DNA from: Stellaceae bacterium
Lineage (GTDB): Bacteria > Pseudomonadota > Alphaproteobacteria > ATCC43930 > CGMCC-115725
Length of the DNA: 45,180 nucleotides
Reading direction: 5' to 3'
NCBI GenBank assembly: GCA_035308865.1
Contig: DATGFU010000038.1
Location: forward strand, 1-45,180
Shown piece after piece: positions 26,871-35,832 of the stretch; within the stretch, counting starts at the first letter, position 1, and each line of letters begins with the position of its first letter. Below the pieces are notes generated by a model. That model was given only the letters and a program-made list of their open reading frames with translations. It did not search any database and was not told the origin of the DNA. Made by a program: the position numbers and the translations under genes.

Positions 26871-27803
26871 ATGCGGGGCAGAACGATCTTCATGGTGCTG
26901 GCGCTGGTGTGCGTCGTGGTCGTGGTTATCGTCGCGGTGCTCGGGCTGAACGCCCCGCCGCCGAGCACCAGGGTCGCGGAGCACCCGGCCAATAGCATTG
27001 CGGCGTCAGGGCCGATACCTGTCGGCACCTTGATCAAGCCGCAGGATCTGACCTGGGTGCCGAAGCCCGCCGACGCTCTGTCGGGCACGACCTTCGATCG
27101 CTTCTGGGCGGACAACGATGCCGACCAGGGCGCCGCCGATGCCCGCAGCTTCAACGAGGTCGCCGGCGCCGTGGCGCGGCGCCGGATCGAGCAGGGCGAC
27201 GTCATCACCAAGTCGGCCATCGTGAAGCCCGGCGACAGCGGCTTCCTTGCCGCCGTGCTGAAGCCCGGGATGCGGGCCATCACCGTCGCCGTGACCGTGG
27301 TGACCGGCACCGCCGGCCTGATCTACCCCGGCGACCATGTCGACATCATCCTGACCCAGAACTTCAGTGGCGTCACCGGGCCGGCGATGGGCAAGAAGAC
27401 CGCGGGCGAGACCATCGCGGAGGACGTGCGCGTCCTGGCGATCGATCAGCAGCTGCAGGTCAAGACCGACCCGAACGCCGGCGGCTCGCCCGGAAAGGTG
27501 GCGGCGACAGTGACAATGGAAGTGACGCAGGACCAGGCCGAGCACGTCGCGGTTGCGCAGGGCCTGGGCTCGCTGTCGCTGATCATTCGCAGCCTCGATG
27601 CCACGGCCGGCGCCAAGCCGCCGGCAGCACCGGGTGCCGAAGAGCCGCGACCGCCGGTCTGGGCGGATGACGTCTCCGAAGCGCTGAAGACGATGGCGAA
27701 GGCGGCCGAGAAGGCAGAGCCGCCGCCCGTACCGCCGCAGCCGCGGGTTTTGATTGTGCGCGGGGCGCAGGTCGAGGCGACCGGCGGCAATGTTGTGCAT
27801 TGA
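26871..27803 (+). CDS. cpaB: Flp pilus assembly protein CpaB/RcpC
   Basis: The 310-aa ORF has an N-terminal TM anchor, a SAF-like block (IPVGTLIKPQDLTWV...VARRRIEQGDVITKSAIV), then GMRAITVAV...AGLIYPGDHVDIILT...VRVLAID. Confidence 0.88.
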   Translation: MRGRTIFMVLALVCVVVVVIVAVLGLNAPPPSTRVAEHPANSIAASGPIPVGTLIKPQDLTWVPKPADALSGTTFDRFWADNDADQGAADARSFNEVAGAVARRRIEQGDVITKSAIVKPGDSGFLAAVLKPGMRAITVAVTVVTGTAGLIYPGDHVDIILTQNFSGVTGPAMGKKTAGETIAEDVRVLAIDQQLQVKTDPNAGGSPGKVAATVTMEVTQDQAEHVAVAQGLGSLSLIIRSLDATAGAKPPAAPGAEEPRPPVWADDVSEALKTMAKAAEKAEPPPVPPQPRVLIVRGAQVEATGGNVVH

Positions 27804-27855
27804 ACGAGTAATCGGCAAGGGTGCCCAATCACCAGGCGGAGCTAGCGGAAGTGCC

Positions 27856-29292
27856 ATGAGAACTTCGAGAAGATTAGCATCTTTGCTCGTCGCCATCGGC
27901 GCGCAGATGTTCTTCTGCGCTGCGGCGGTTCCTGCCAGCGCAGCAATGTCGCAGATCAACCTCGACGTCTCCGAGGGGCGCCTCCTGACGTTGAGCGCCC
28001 CAGCGGCGAGCGTGTTCCTGGCGGACCCGAACATCGCCGACGTGCAGGTGCCGCAGCCGAACCGGATCTTCATCTTCGGCAAGAAGGCCGGCCGGACGAC
28101 ATTGCACGCGCTGAGCGACAACGGCCAGCAGATCGCCGCCTACGAGGTTGTGGTGAAGCTTCAGTCTGCCTCCGCACAGCAGGCTGTGAGCTCGGTGGCC
28201 GGCGCAGGCAATGTCAAGGTCTCGACGCAGGATAACGGAACGGTCCTTCAGGGCACGGCCCCGGACGCGGATAGTGCGCTGAGCCTGACCAACGACGTCA
28301 AAGGGTATGCTCCGGCGAACACGCCCGTCAGCACCGACGATCTGAAGCTGGCCGGATCCCAGCAGGTCATGCTTCGCGTGTGGGTCGGCGAGGTCGCGCG
28401 CAGCGTGACCAAGGATCTCGCCTTCAATTGGAGCGCCGCGGCGTTTCCGGGGCTCGGCACGATCGGCATCTCGACCGGCCGGACGGCCTTCACCCCGCCG
28501 CTCATCGGCGGCCTTCCCATCCCGTCGACCTTTACGTCGAGCGGCGACTACGGCTCGCTGATCGGCGGTGTGAACGTCCACGGGAACGGCTTCAGCCTCG
28601 CCATCGACGCGCTCGCTTCCGAAGGCTTGGTCACCACACTTGCAGAGCCGACGCTCACGGCGATCTCCGGCGAATCGGCGAGCTTCCTCGCCGGCGGCCA
28701 GTTCCCGATCCCGATCGTCCAGCCCTCGACCGGCGTCACGACGATCAGCATCCAGTACGAGCAGTTCGGCGTCAGCCTGACCTTCACGCCGACCGTGCTG
28801 TCACCCAACCGGATCAGCCTCCGGGTACGCCCTGAGGTCAGCGAGATCAGCACGTCCAACGAGGTCGTGTTCGCGGGTTACACGATCCCGTCGCTGACGA
28901 TCCGGCGCGCGTCGACAACGATCGAGCTGGGCAGCGGCCAGAGCTTCGCGATCGGCGGCCTGATCCAGAACACGACCAGCGCGACGATTCAGAAGTATCC
29001 GGGGCTGGGCGACCTGCCCATCCTGGGCACGCTCTTCCGGTCCAACAACTTCCAGCATGCCGAGACGGAGTTGCTGATCATCGTCACGCCTTATCTCGTC
29101 AAGCCGGTCGACGACCCGAACCGAATGAAGCTGCCCACCGACGGCCTGTCGCCGCCGAACGATCTGGACCTGATCTTCCGGGCGCGGCTCGCGCAGGGGA
29201 CCACGGCGGCGCCGGTCGGGAGTCCAGCGAACAGCGTTTCGGTGCTGACCGGGCCGCATCTGGCCGGCGACGCCGGTTTCGACTTAGAATAG
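27856..29292 (+). CDS. cpaC: Tad secretin CpaC/RcpA
   Basis: The ATG at 27856 gives the signal peptide MRTSRRLASLLVAIGAQMFFCAAAVPASA. A BON/T2SS-N-like N-terminus follows (SVFLADPNIADVQVPQPNRIFIFGKKAGRTTL). The secretin core is LASEGLVTTLAEPTLTAISGESASFLAGGQFPIP...GVSLTFTPTV...PGLGDLPILGTLFRS...ETELLIIVTPYLV. Confidence 0.92.
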   Translation: MRTSRRLASLLVAIGAQMFFCAAAVPASAAMSQINLDVSEGRLLTLSAPAASVFLADPNIADVQVPQPNRIFIFGKKAGRTTLHALSDNGQQIAAYEVVVKLQSASAQQAVSSVAGAGNVKVSTQDNGTVLQGTAPDADSALSLTNDVKGYAPANTPVSTDDLKLAGSQQVMLRVWVGEVARSVTKDLAFNWSAAAFPGLGTIGISTGRTAFTPPLIGGLPIPSTFTSSGDYGSLIGGVNVHGNGFSLAIDALASEGLVTTLAEPTLTAISGESASFLAGGQFPIPIVQPSTGVTTISIQYEQFGVSLTFTPTVLSPNRISLRVRPEVSEISTSNEVVFAGYTIPSLTIRRASTTIELGSGQSFAIGGLIQNTTSATIQKYPGLGDLPILGTLFRSNNFQHAETELLIIVTPYLVKPVDDPNRMKLPTDGLSPPNDLDLIFRARLAQGTTAAPVGSPANSVSVLTGPHLAGDAGFDLE

Positions 29293-29307
29293 CGCGGGAG
29301 CCTGGCG

Positions 29308-29997
29308 ATGAAGCTGAACCTGAAGCCCCTTATCCCGCTGGTCGGCGCGGTGCTGCTGGCGGCCTGCGAAACCGAGCGATCGCCGGAAACGGCCGATCTT
29401 GCGGCGCAAGGCATCCCGCCGACGATCAAGGTCACGACCAACGAACAGCACCATACGGTGTATGTGTCGGCCAAGACGGGAACGATGAAGAACGTCGAGC
29501 GCGCCGATCTCGTGAACTTCATCAGCGATGCGGCGCTCGGCAGTCCCGATACGCTGCACGTGCGACTGCGGGGGGGCGCGACACCACAACAGCTTTCGGT
29601 GGTGACGAAGACCATCGTCGCGCTGGGCGTCGCACCGTCGAGAATCGAGATCGAGGCCGGGCCGGCTTCGGGCGCCGGCGGCGGCGGGGCTCACTCGCCA
29701 GGCGTCCCGGTCGAGGTGGTCGCCACGATCTCGCATGTCGACTTCCCGTCCTGTCCGCGTCAATCATGGGTCGCGATCGGCGGAGTCGAAAACCCGACGA
29801 GCAGCAATTTCGGGTGCTCGTACATCACGGCGATCGAGGCGCAGGTCGCCGATCCGCGTGACCTCGTCCAGGGCGAGACCGGCGGCCAAACCGATGCCAC
29901 CTTGACCAACGCGGCCATCGATCGGCTTCATACCGACAAGGTCAAGAAGGCCGAAGTCGTCAACATTTCACAGGTCGGCGGTGGTGGAGGTCAATAA
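29308..29997 (+). CDS. cpaD: CpaD-family pilus assembly lipoprotein
   Basis: The ORF has a lipobox (LLAAC) and a C-terminal FGCSYITAIEAQVADPRDLVQG...DATLTNAAIDRL block resembling CpaD. Its position between cpaC and cpaE also fits. Confidence 0.8.
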   Translation: MKLNLKPLIPLVGAVLLAACETERSPETADLAAQGIPPTIKVTTNEQHHTVYVSAKTGTMKNVERADLVNFISDAALGSPDTLHVRLRGGATPQQLSVVTKTIVALGVAPSRIEIEAGPASGAGGGGAHSPGVPVEVVATISHVDFPSCPRQSWVAIGGVENPTSSNFGCSYITAIEAQVADPRDLVQGETGGQTDATLTNAAIDRLHTDKVKKAEVVNISQVGGGGGQ

Positions 29998-31235
29998 TGG
30001 CCGTTTCTGCTGATACCAAGGCGCAAGGCGACGTTGCCCGCGGCGGTACCGCTGGCCGCGAGCGGTTTACCGCCTTCCTGGCCGACGAGGCGAGCGAGAA
30101 GGTGGTCCGCCAGTGCGTGACCGATCTCTCGCTGCCGTTCAGCTCGGTCCACCGCGGCGGCATCGCGCGCGCGATCACGCATCTCTCGACCGAGCGCACG
30201 CCGACCGTGCTGATGGTCGACGTCTCGGGTGTCGAGTTGCCGGTCAGCGAGATGCATCATCTCGCCGAGGTCTGCGAGCCGGGCGTTTCGGTGATCGTGG
30301 TCGGCGACCGCAACGATGTCGGGCTCTATCGCGACCTCACTCAGGCCGGCGTCAGCGACTATGTCGTGAAGCCGCTGACCCGGGCGCTGGTGCAGGCTGC
30401 GGTCCAGCCGCTGCTCGGCACCGGTCCGGCTCAGGCGGCGGCAGCGCCGCTCAGCCAGAAGCTCGGGCGGGTCGTCGCGGTGGTCGGCACGCGCGGCGGC
30501 GTCGGCGCGACGACCGTCGCGTCCAACCTCGCCTGGCATCTGGCGAACAACGAATCACGCCGCGTCGCGCTGGTCGATCTCGACCTGCATTACGGCGACG
30601 CCGCGCTGATGCTCGACGTCAAGGTCGGCGGCGGCCTGCGCGAGGTGCTGGAGAATCCTCAGCGCGTCGACGAGCTCTTCCTCGACCGGGCGATGACCCG
30701 GAGCGGCGAGCGTCTCTACCTGCTGGCCGGCGAGGAGAAGCTGGACCTGCCGTTGCGCCTCGATCCCAATGCGGTCGAGCCGCTGATGACATTGCTGCGC
30801 AAGCAGTTCCACTACGTCATCGTCGACGCGCCGCGCGGCCAGGAAGTGTTCCTGCGCCAGGTGCTCGACGCCGCCGGCGTCCGCCTGCTGGTTGCCGACC
30901 AGACGGCCCGGTCGGTGCGCGATACCTTGCGGCTCCGGCAATTCCTCGACTCGCCACAGCCGGGCCAGCGTAATATGCTGGTGGTGAACCGGGTCGGCGA
31001 GCAGGGCAAGGGTGGGATCGAGTTGAAGGACCTCGCGGCGACGATCGGCATGGCCGTCGATGTCGGCGTGCCCTTCCATCCGAAGACCGCCATCGCTGCC
31101 GCCAACGCGGGCCTGCCCGTGGTGGGCAACAGCAGTGGGCCGATCTCGCGATCGGTCGTCGAGATTGCCGAGGAGCTGAGCGGTCGCCGTGTGGCGCCGG
31201 CATCTCAGTCCGGCTGGCGGAGGTTCTTCAAATGA
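29997..31235 (+). CDS. cpaE: CpaE/TadZ: receiver-like N-domain fused to a ParA/MinD-like ATPase domain with atypical Walker A
   Basis: The REC-like region is FLADEASE...VLMVDVSG...VIVVGD...DYVVKPL. The ParA-like region is VVAVVGTRGGVGATTVASNLA...VALVDLDLHYGD. Stops and starts overlap with cpaD and cpaF. Confidence 0.9.
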   Translation: MAVSADTKAQGDVARGGTAGRERFTAFLADEASEKVVRQCVTDLSLPFSSVHRGGIARAITHLSTERTPTVLMVDVSGVELPVSEMHHLAEVCEPGVSVIVVGDRNDVGLYRDLTQAGVSDYVVKPLTRALVQAAVQPLLGTGPAQAAAAPLSQKLGRVVAVVGTRGGVGATTVASNLAWHLANNESRRVALVDLDLHYGDAALMLDVKVGGGLREVLENPQRVDELFLDRAMTRSGERLYLLAGEEKLDLPLRLDPNAVEPLMTLLRKQFHYVIVDAPRGQEVFLRQVLDAAGVRLLVADQTARSVRDTLRLRQFLDSPQPGQRNMLVVNRVGEQGKGGIELKDLAATIGMAVDVGVPFHPKTAIAAANAGLPVVGNSSGPISRSVVEIAEELSGRRVAPASQSGWRRFFK

Positions 31236-32602
31236 TCAAGAATCGCTTCGGGCGCCGGATTATCGAAAGCGAGGGCCGGTCCCTCGTCTCGACGCCCGAG
31301 GCTGCGCCGAAGCCGAACGAGCCTTCCATGGTCATGGCGGGGCTCGAAGAGGCTCGCGAGCGCATTCGTGCCACGCTGCTGTCCCGCATCGACCCGACCG
31401 TTGCGTCCCGCATGGCGCCGCCGGTCCTGCGGGCGGAGATCCTCCGGCTGGTCGGCGAGATCGGCAACGAGGAGCGGGTCCAGCTCAACGCCCGCGAGGA
31501 AGACAAGCTCGTCCAGGAACTCCTGGACGACATGATCGGCCTGGGGCCGCTCGAGCCGCTGCTGCAGGACGAGTTGGTCACCGACATCATGGTCAACGGC
31601 CCGAACAATGTCTGGGTGGAGCGTCACGGCAAGCTCGAGCAGGTCGTGCTCAAGTTCCGCGACAACCAGCACGTCACCAACATCGCCCAGCGCATTGCCG
31701 CCGCCATCGGCCGGCGCGTCGACGAGGCGAGCCCGCTGGTCGACGCCCGTCTCGCCGACGGCAGCCGCGTCAATATCGTGCTGCCGCCGCTGGCGCTGTG
31801 CGGCCCGACCCTCTCCATCAGAAAATTCCCGTCCCGCAAGATCACGCTCGACGTGATGGTGCGGCAGGGCAACATCTCCGAGGCGCTCGCCCGCTTCCTC
31901 GAGATCGCGGCGCGCTCGCGCCTCAACATGGCGATCTCCGGCGGCACGGGCTCGGGCAAGACGACGCTCCTGAACGCGGTCTCGCGCTTCATCGATCCGG
32001 GCGAGCGCATCATCACCGTGGAAGACGCGGCCGAGCTGCAGCTGCAGCAGCCGCACGTGGTCTCGCTCGAAACCCGGCCGCCCAGCCTCGAAGGCACCGG
32101 CGAGGTGAACCAGCGCGATCTCGTCAAGAACGCGCTCCGTATGCGGCCCGACCGCATCATCCTCGGCGAGATTCGCGACGCCGCCGCCTTCGACATGCTG
32201 CAGGCGATGAACACGGGCCATGACGGCTCGATGTGCACGCTCCACGCCAACACGCCGCGCGACGCGCTCAGCCGTATCGAGAACATGGTGCTGATGAGCG
32301 GCATGGGCCTGCCCTTGCGCGCCATCCGCACCCAGATCGCCAGCGCGCTCGACGTGGTGGTGCAGATCGAGCGCATGCGCGATGGCGTCCGCCGCATCCA
32401 GAGCGTGATCGAGGTGGTCGGTCTCGAAGGCGAGATCATCACCACGCAGGATCTCTTCACCTTCAAGTGGGAGACCGAGAACCGCGACGGCTCGGTCCGC
32501 GGCAGCTTCCAGGCCAGCCGCTACCGGCCGCGTTTCCTCGACCGCATCGAGCAGGCCGGTCTCGGCCGCCGCTTCATCGAGCTGCTGGAGATGGAGGAGT
32601 GA
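31232..32602 (+). CDS. cpaF: Tad secretion ATPase CpaF/TadA
   Basis: The ORF shows Walker A ISGGTGSGKTTLLNAV, Walker B/Asp box ERIITVEDAAELQL, RMRPDRIILGEIRD and MNTGHDGSMCTLHAN, the canonical VirB11/TadA-type blocks. Confidence 0.95.
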   Translation: MIKNRFGRRIIESEGRSLVSTPEAAPKPNEPSMVMAGLEEARERIRATLLSRIDPTVASRMAPPVLRAEILRLVGEIGNEERVQLNAREEDKLVQELLDDMIGLGPLEPLLQDELVTDIMVNGPNNVWVERHGKLEQVVLKFRDNQHVTNIAQRIAAAIGRRVDEASPLVDARLADGSRVNIVLPPLALCGPTLSIRKFPSRKITLDVMVRQGNISEALARFLEIAARSRLNMAISGGTGSGKTTLLNAVSRFIDPGERIITVEDAAELQLQQPHVVSLETRPPSLEGTGEVNQRDLVKNALRMRPDRIILGEIRDAAAFDMLQAMNTGHDGSMCTLHANTPRDALSRIENMVLMSGMGLPLRAIRTQIASALDVVVQIERMRDGVRRIQSVIEVVGLEGEIITTQDLFTFKWETENRDGSVRGSFQASRYRPRFLDRIEQAGLGRRFIELLEMEE

Positions 32603-33549
32603 GCCTCTTCACCATCCTGCTGATCGTCGGCGGCGTCATCGTCGTCGGCGCGCTGCTGCTGTTGGTGGGGGTCGACCGGGAACGGCTGGCGACGGTCCGT
32701 CGGCTCAAGTCGCTCGCCGCGCCGCCGCCGACCAAGGCGGTCGGCGACATCCCCCAGGTGGTCAAGGGCGACCCCTGGATGCAGTATGTGCCGGCCCAGA
32801 TCCGGCCGCGCATCGACGACATGCTGGCCGCCACCGGCTATGCGATCCAGTTGCGCATGCTCCTGGCGATTTCGGCCGGCGGCGCGCTGGTCGCGGCGTT
32901 CGTCGAACTGGCGGCGCGTCCGGGGTTGGTCGCCTTCATCATCCTGATGATCGGCGGCATCGCCGCGCCGCCCTACTTCACGCTGCGCTATCTGCAGAAG
33001 CGTCACACCGCCAAGTTCCTGGACCAGTTCCCGGACGCGATCGACCTCATCGTCCGCGCCGTTCGCGCGGGCCTGCCGGTCGTCGGCGCGCTCGATGCCA
33101 CCGGCCGGGAGATGCCCGATCCGGTCGGCATGGAGTTCCGGCTGATCACCGCCGACCTGCGAATCGGCATCGAGTTCGATGAGGCGCTCCGCCGTGCCGA
33201 CACGCGCATCCGGCTCACCGATTTCAGCTTCTTTGTCGCCAGCCTGGTGCTGCAGCGCGAGAGCGGCGGCAACCTCTCCGAGACGCTGTCGATTCTTTCC
33301 GGGGTTCTGCGGCGCCGGCGCGAGCTGCGGATGAAGGTCGCGGCGATGACCTCCGAAGCCAAGACCTCGGCGATCGTGATTGCCTCCCTGCCGTTCGTCG
33401 CCAGCGGCGCTCTCGCGGTCATGAACCCGAATTATGTCGGCACGTTCTTCATCGATCCGAAGGGACCGTGGATCATCGGCGGCGCTGCGGCCATGCTGGC
33501 GATGGGTTGGATGACGATGAAGACGCTCATCGAGAACGCGGTGCGCTGA
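32599..33549 (+). CDS. tadB: Tad inner-membrane platform protein TadB
   Basis: The GTG at 32599 overlaps the cpaF stop (GTGA). An N-terminal TM helix is followed by a T2SSF-type domain (FPDAIDLIVRAVRAGLPVVGAL...RESGGNLSETL) and C-terminal TM helices. Confidence 0.88.
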   Translation: MSLFTILLIVGGVIVVGALLLLVGVDRERLATVRRLKSLAAPPPTKAVGDIPQVVKGDPWMQYVPAQIRPRIDDMLAATGYAIQLRMLLAISAGGALVAAFVELAARPGLVAFIILMIGGIAAPPYFTLRYLQKRHTAKFLDQFPDAIDLIVRAVRAGLPVVGALDATGREMPDPVGMEFRLITADLRIGIEFDEALRRADTRIRLTDFSFFVASLVLQRESGGNLSETLSILSGVLRRRRELRMKVAAMTSEAKTSAIVIASLPFVASGALAVMNPNYVGTFFIDPKGPWIIGGAAAMLAMGWMTMKTLIENAVR

Positions 33550-34499
33550 TGGCGATCCAGCTGACGAGCGAAAATCTCCTCCTCGGCGCCGCCGCGGTCG
33601 GCGGCGTGATGGCGGTGGCGGCGATCGCGCTGCCGGACCGGCACTCGCGCATCCGCACCCGGCTCGACGCGATGAAGCCGGTGGTCGCCGAAGGAGCCGG
33701 CCCCGGAGGGCCGGCGGCGCCGGCGATCGGCGAGCGGATGAGCTCGCTCGGCGACAAGATCATCGGCAGCTTCCTGATCGGCCCGAAGGAGCAGGAGAAG
33801 ATGGTCGAGCTCCTGGGCTCGGCCGGCATCTCGGGCAAGGACAAGGTGGCGATGTTCGTCGCCGGCAAGTTCACGCTGGCGATCATCCTCATCGTGCTGT
33901 CCTGGGTGCTCGTCTATGTGACCGGGCTGTTCCAGAGCACCTGGTACATGCGGGTGCTGATCATCCTGGTCTTCGCCCTGGTCGGCTGGCGGGCGCCGGA
34001 CATGGTGGTGAACAGCTTCGGCACTCGCCGCAAGCGGCGGCTGCGCGACGGCATATCGGACGCGCTCGACCTCATGGTCATCTGCACGGAGGCAGGCCTG
34101 GGGCTCGAGCAGGGGATGGACCGGGTGGCGCGCGACATCGCGGTGTCCAATCCGGTGGTCTCGGAGGAGCTGAAGAAGACGACGGCCGAGATGAAGGTGC
34201 TGCCGCAGATGCGCGACGCGCTCGACAATTTCGCCAAGCGCAGCGGCCTGCCGATCGTCAAGAGCGTGGTGACCACGCTGGTCCAATCGATTCAGTACGG
34301 CACGCCGCTCAGCCATTCGCTGCGCGTGCTGTCGGGCGAGATGCGCGCCCATCGGATGCTGGAGATCGAGCGAAAGGCGGCGCAGCTGCCGGTGCTGCTG
34401 ACGCTGCCGCTGATCATGTTCATCCTGCCCTGCCTGTTCCTTATCGTGGCCGGTCCGGCCGTGCTGAACACCATCGCGACGTTCGCCGGCCATCGCTGA
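33549..34499 (+). CDS. tadC: Tad inner-membrane platform protein TadC
   Basis: The ATG at 33549 overlaps the tadB stop (TGATG). The T2SSF-type domain reads ISDALDLMVICTEAGLGLEQGM...QSIQYGTPLSHSLRVLSGEMR, flanked by TM helices. Confidence 0.88.
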   Translation: MAIQLTSENLLLGAAAVGGVMAVAAIALPDRHSRIRTRLDAMKPVVAEGAGPGGPAAPAIGERMSSLGDKIIGSFLIGPKEQEKMVELLGSAGISGKDKVAMFVAGKFTLAIILIVLSWVLVYVTGLFQSTWYMRVLIILVFALVGWRAPDMVVNSFGTRRKRRLRDGISDALDLMVICTEAGLGLEQGMDRVARDIAVSNPVVSEELKKTTAEMKVLPQMRDALDNFAKRSGLPIVKSVVTTLVQSIQYGTPLSHSLRVLSGEMRAHRMLEIERKAAQLPVLLTLPLIMFILPCLFLIVAGPAVLNTIATFAGHR

Positions 34500-34520
34500 A
34501 CCCTTAACGGGGGAATTTCC

Positions 34521-35639
34521 GTGAAAGCATACCTGTCGATCGCGGTCGCCTGTGCCACCCTGGCGCTGGCCGCGTGCGGATCCGACGATTCCCAAAGCAA
34601 GGGCATGGCCGCTCTGAAGGATCCGAAGGCGGCCTTGACCGTCGCGGATGCGGCGCGGGAGAGCGGAGAGTTCAACGCCGCGATCAAGCTCTACAAGCGC
34701 GTGATCGACGAGCATGGCGACATGTACGAGGCGCATATGGGGCTCGCCCAGTCGCTGGCCGGCACGGGCGATTACGATGGCGCCGAGAAGGAGCTCCTGG
34801 CCACGAGCCAGATAGCACCGACCCGGCCCGAGCCGCACCTCATGATGGGCCGCATCGCTGTCGCCCGCCATCGTCCGTCCGAGGCGCTCATCGCCTTCGA
34901 TGCCGCGTTGATCCTGGCGCCGGATTCGGCCGCCGGCTGGAACGGCAAGGGCGTGGCGCTCGACATGGAGGAGCGTCACGAGGAGGCGCAGCAGTGCTAC
35001 CGGAACGGGCTGGCCAAGGCCCCGAAGGACCGCGTGCTCATCAATAACTACGGTCTCTCCCTGGCGCTCTCCGGCAATTACGACGAATCGGTGAAGCAGC
35101 TGACCGCTCTGGCGCAGGAGCCGACCGCCACCGCGCGCAATCGCCAGAACCTGGCGCTGGCCCTGGGTCTGCAAGGCGACGAGAGCGATGCGAGGGTGGT
35201 TGCCCGCACGGACCTGGACGAGCAGTCCGTCGCCAACAACCTGCGGTTCTATGCCGCGGCCCGCGAGGCGCCGATCCCGAAGGACGAGACGCCGGTCGCC
35301 TCGGTGATGCCGCTGGCGCCGGCCAGCGTCGCGGCGGTCGCGGCGGTCGCGGCGGTCGCAGCCCCTACACCCGCCCCGGCGCCGGCCAGTGCCGCGCCGG
35401 CACCGGACGCCTCGGCCGCTCAGACGAATCCGGCGAGTCCCGTGACGGCCTCGCCGCTACCCGCGCCGGCAGCGGCGGATTCGCCGCCTGCCGCGGCGCC
35501 CGCAACGCCAGCGCCGGCCGCGGATTCTCCGCCGGTTCCATTGCAGCCGGCGCCGGCGGCAACGGATGCGGCGGCTTCACCGCCATCGGCGCAGCCGGCC
35601 AATGCCGCGGCGCCGCCCGCAGGTTCCAAGCCGCAGTAG
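34521..35639 (+). CDS. tadD: TPR lipoprotein, TadD-like, with ~110-aa Ala/Pro-rich C-terminal extension
   Basis: The start is GTG and the lipobox is LALAAC. There are at least four TPR-like units (AIKLYKRVI..., AHMGLAQSLAGTGDYDGAEKEL, GWNGKGVALDMEERHEEAQQCYRNGL...). The tail runs AAVAAVAAVAAPTPAPAPASAAPAP...PPAGSKPQ. Confidence 0.75.
   Translation: MKAYLSIAVACATLALAACGSDDSQSKGMAALKDPKAALTVADAARESGEFNAAIKLYKRVIDEHGDMYEAHMGLAQSLAGTGDYDGAEKELLATSQIAPTRPEPHLMMGRIAVARHRPSEALIAFDAALILAPDSAAGWNGKGVALDMEERHEEAQQCYRNGLAKAPKDRVLINNYGLSLALSGNYDESVKQLTALAQEPTATARNRQNLALALGLQGDESDARVVARTDLDEQSVANNLRFYAAAREAPIPKDETPVASVMPLAPASVAAVAAVAAVAAPTPAPAPASAAPAPDASAAQTNPASPVTASPLPAPAAADSPPAAAPATPAPAADSPPVPLQPAPAATDAAASPPSAQPANAAAPPAGSKPQ
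35328..35360 (+). repeat. 9-bp tandem repeat (gtcgcggcg x ~3.6) encoding (VAA)n inside the TadD-like tail
   Basis: Direct reading gives gtcgcggcg gtcgcggcg gtcgcggcg gtcgca. Confidence 0.85.
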
Positions 35640-35832
35640 CCGGTCCGGCAGGCGATCGCATGATCGGTCGCAGCGCCGGGGGCCTCTGCTCGCGGGAATA
35701 GAGCGGAACGGCCGCTCGTCATACGCTACGGTTTATTAACGGGAACATGTTTCCCTGCGGCCTTGGATCGACCGGACGATCGAGGTGTGTGGCCTCGACT
35801 CTGTCCTTCGGATGGCGGAACGAGGAGGGCGC

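Noticed and set aside
35328-35640. Short tandem and low-complexity repeats as a possible CRISPR or other array
   Set aside because: The repeat unit is 9 bp with no spacers. It is in frame inside a CDS and encodes (VAA)n and PA-rich sequence. No CRISPR-like repeat-spacer structure occurs anywhere in the window.
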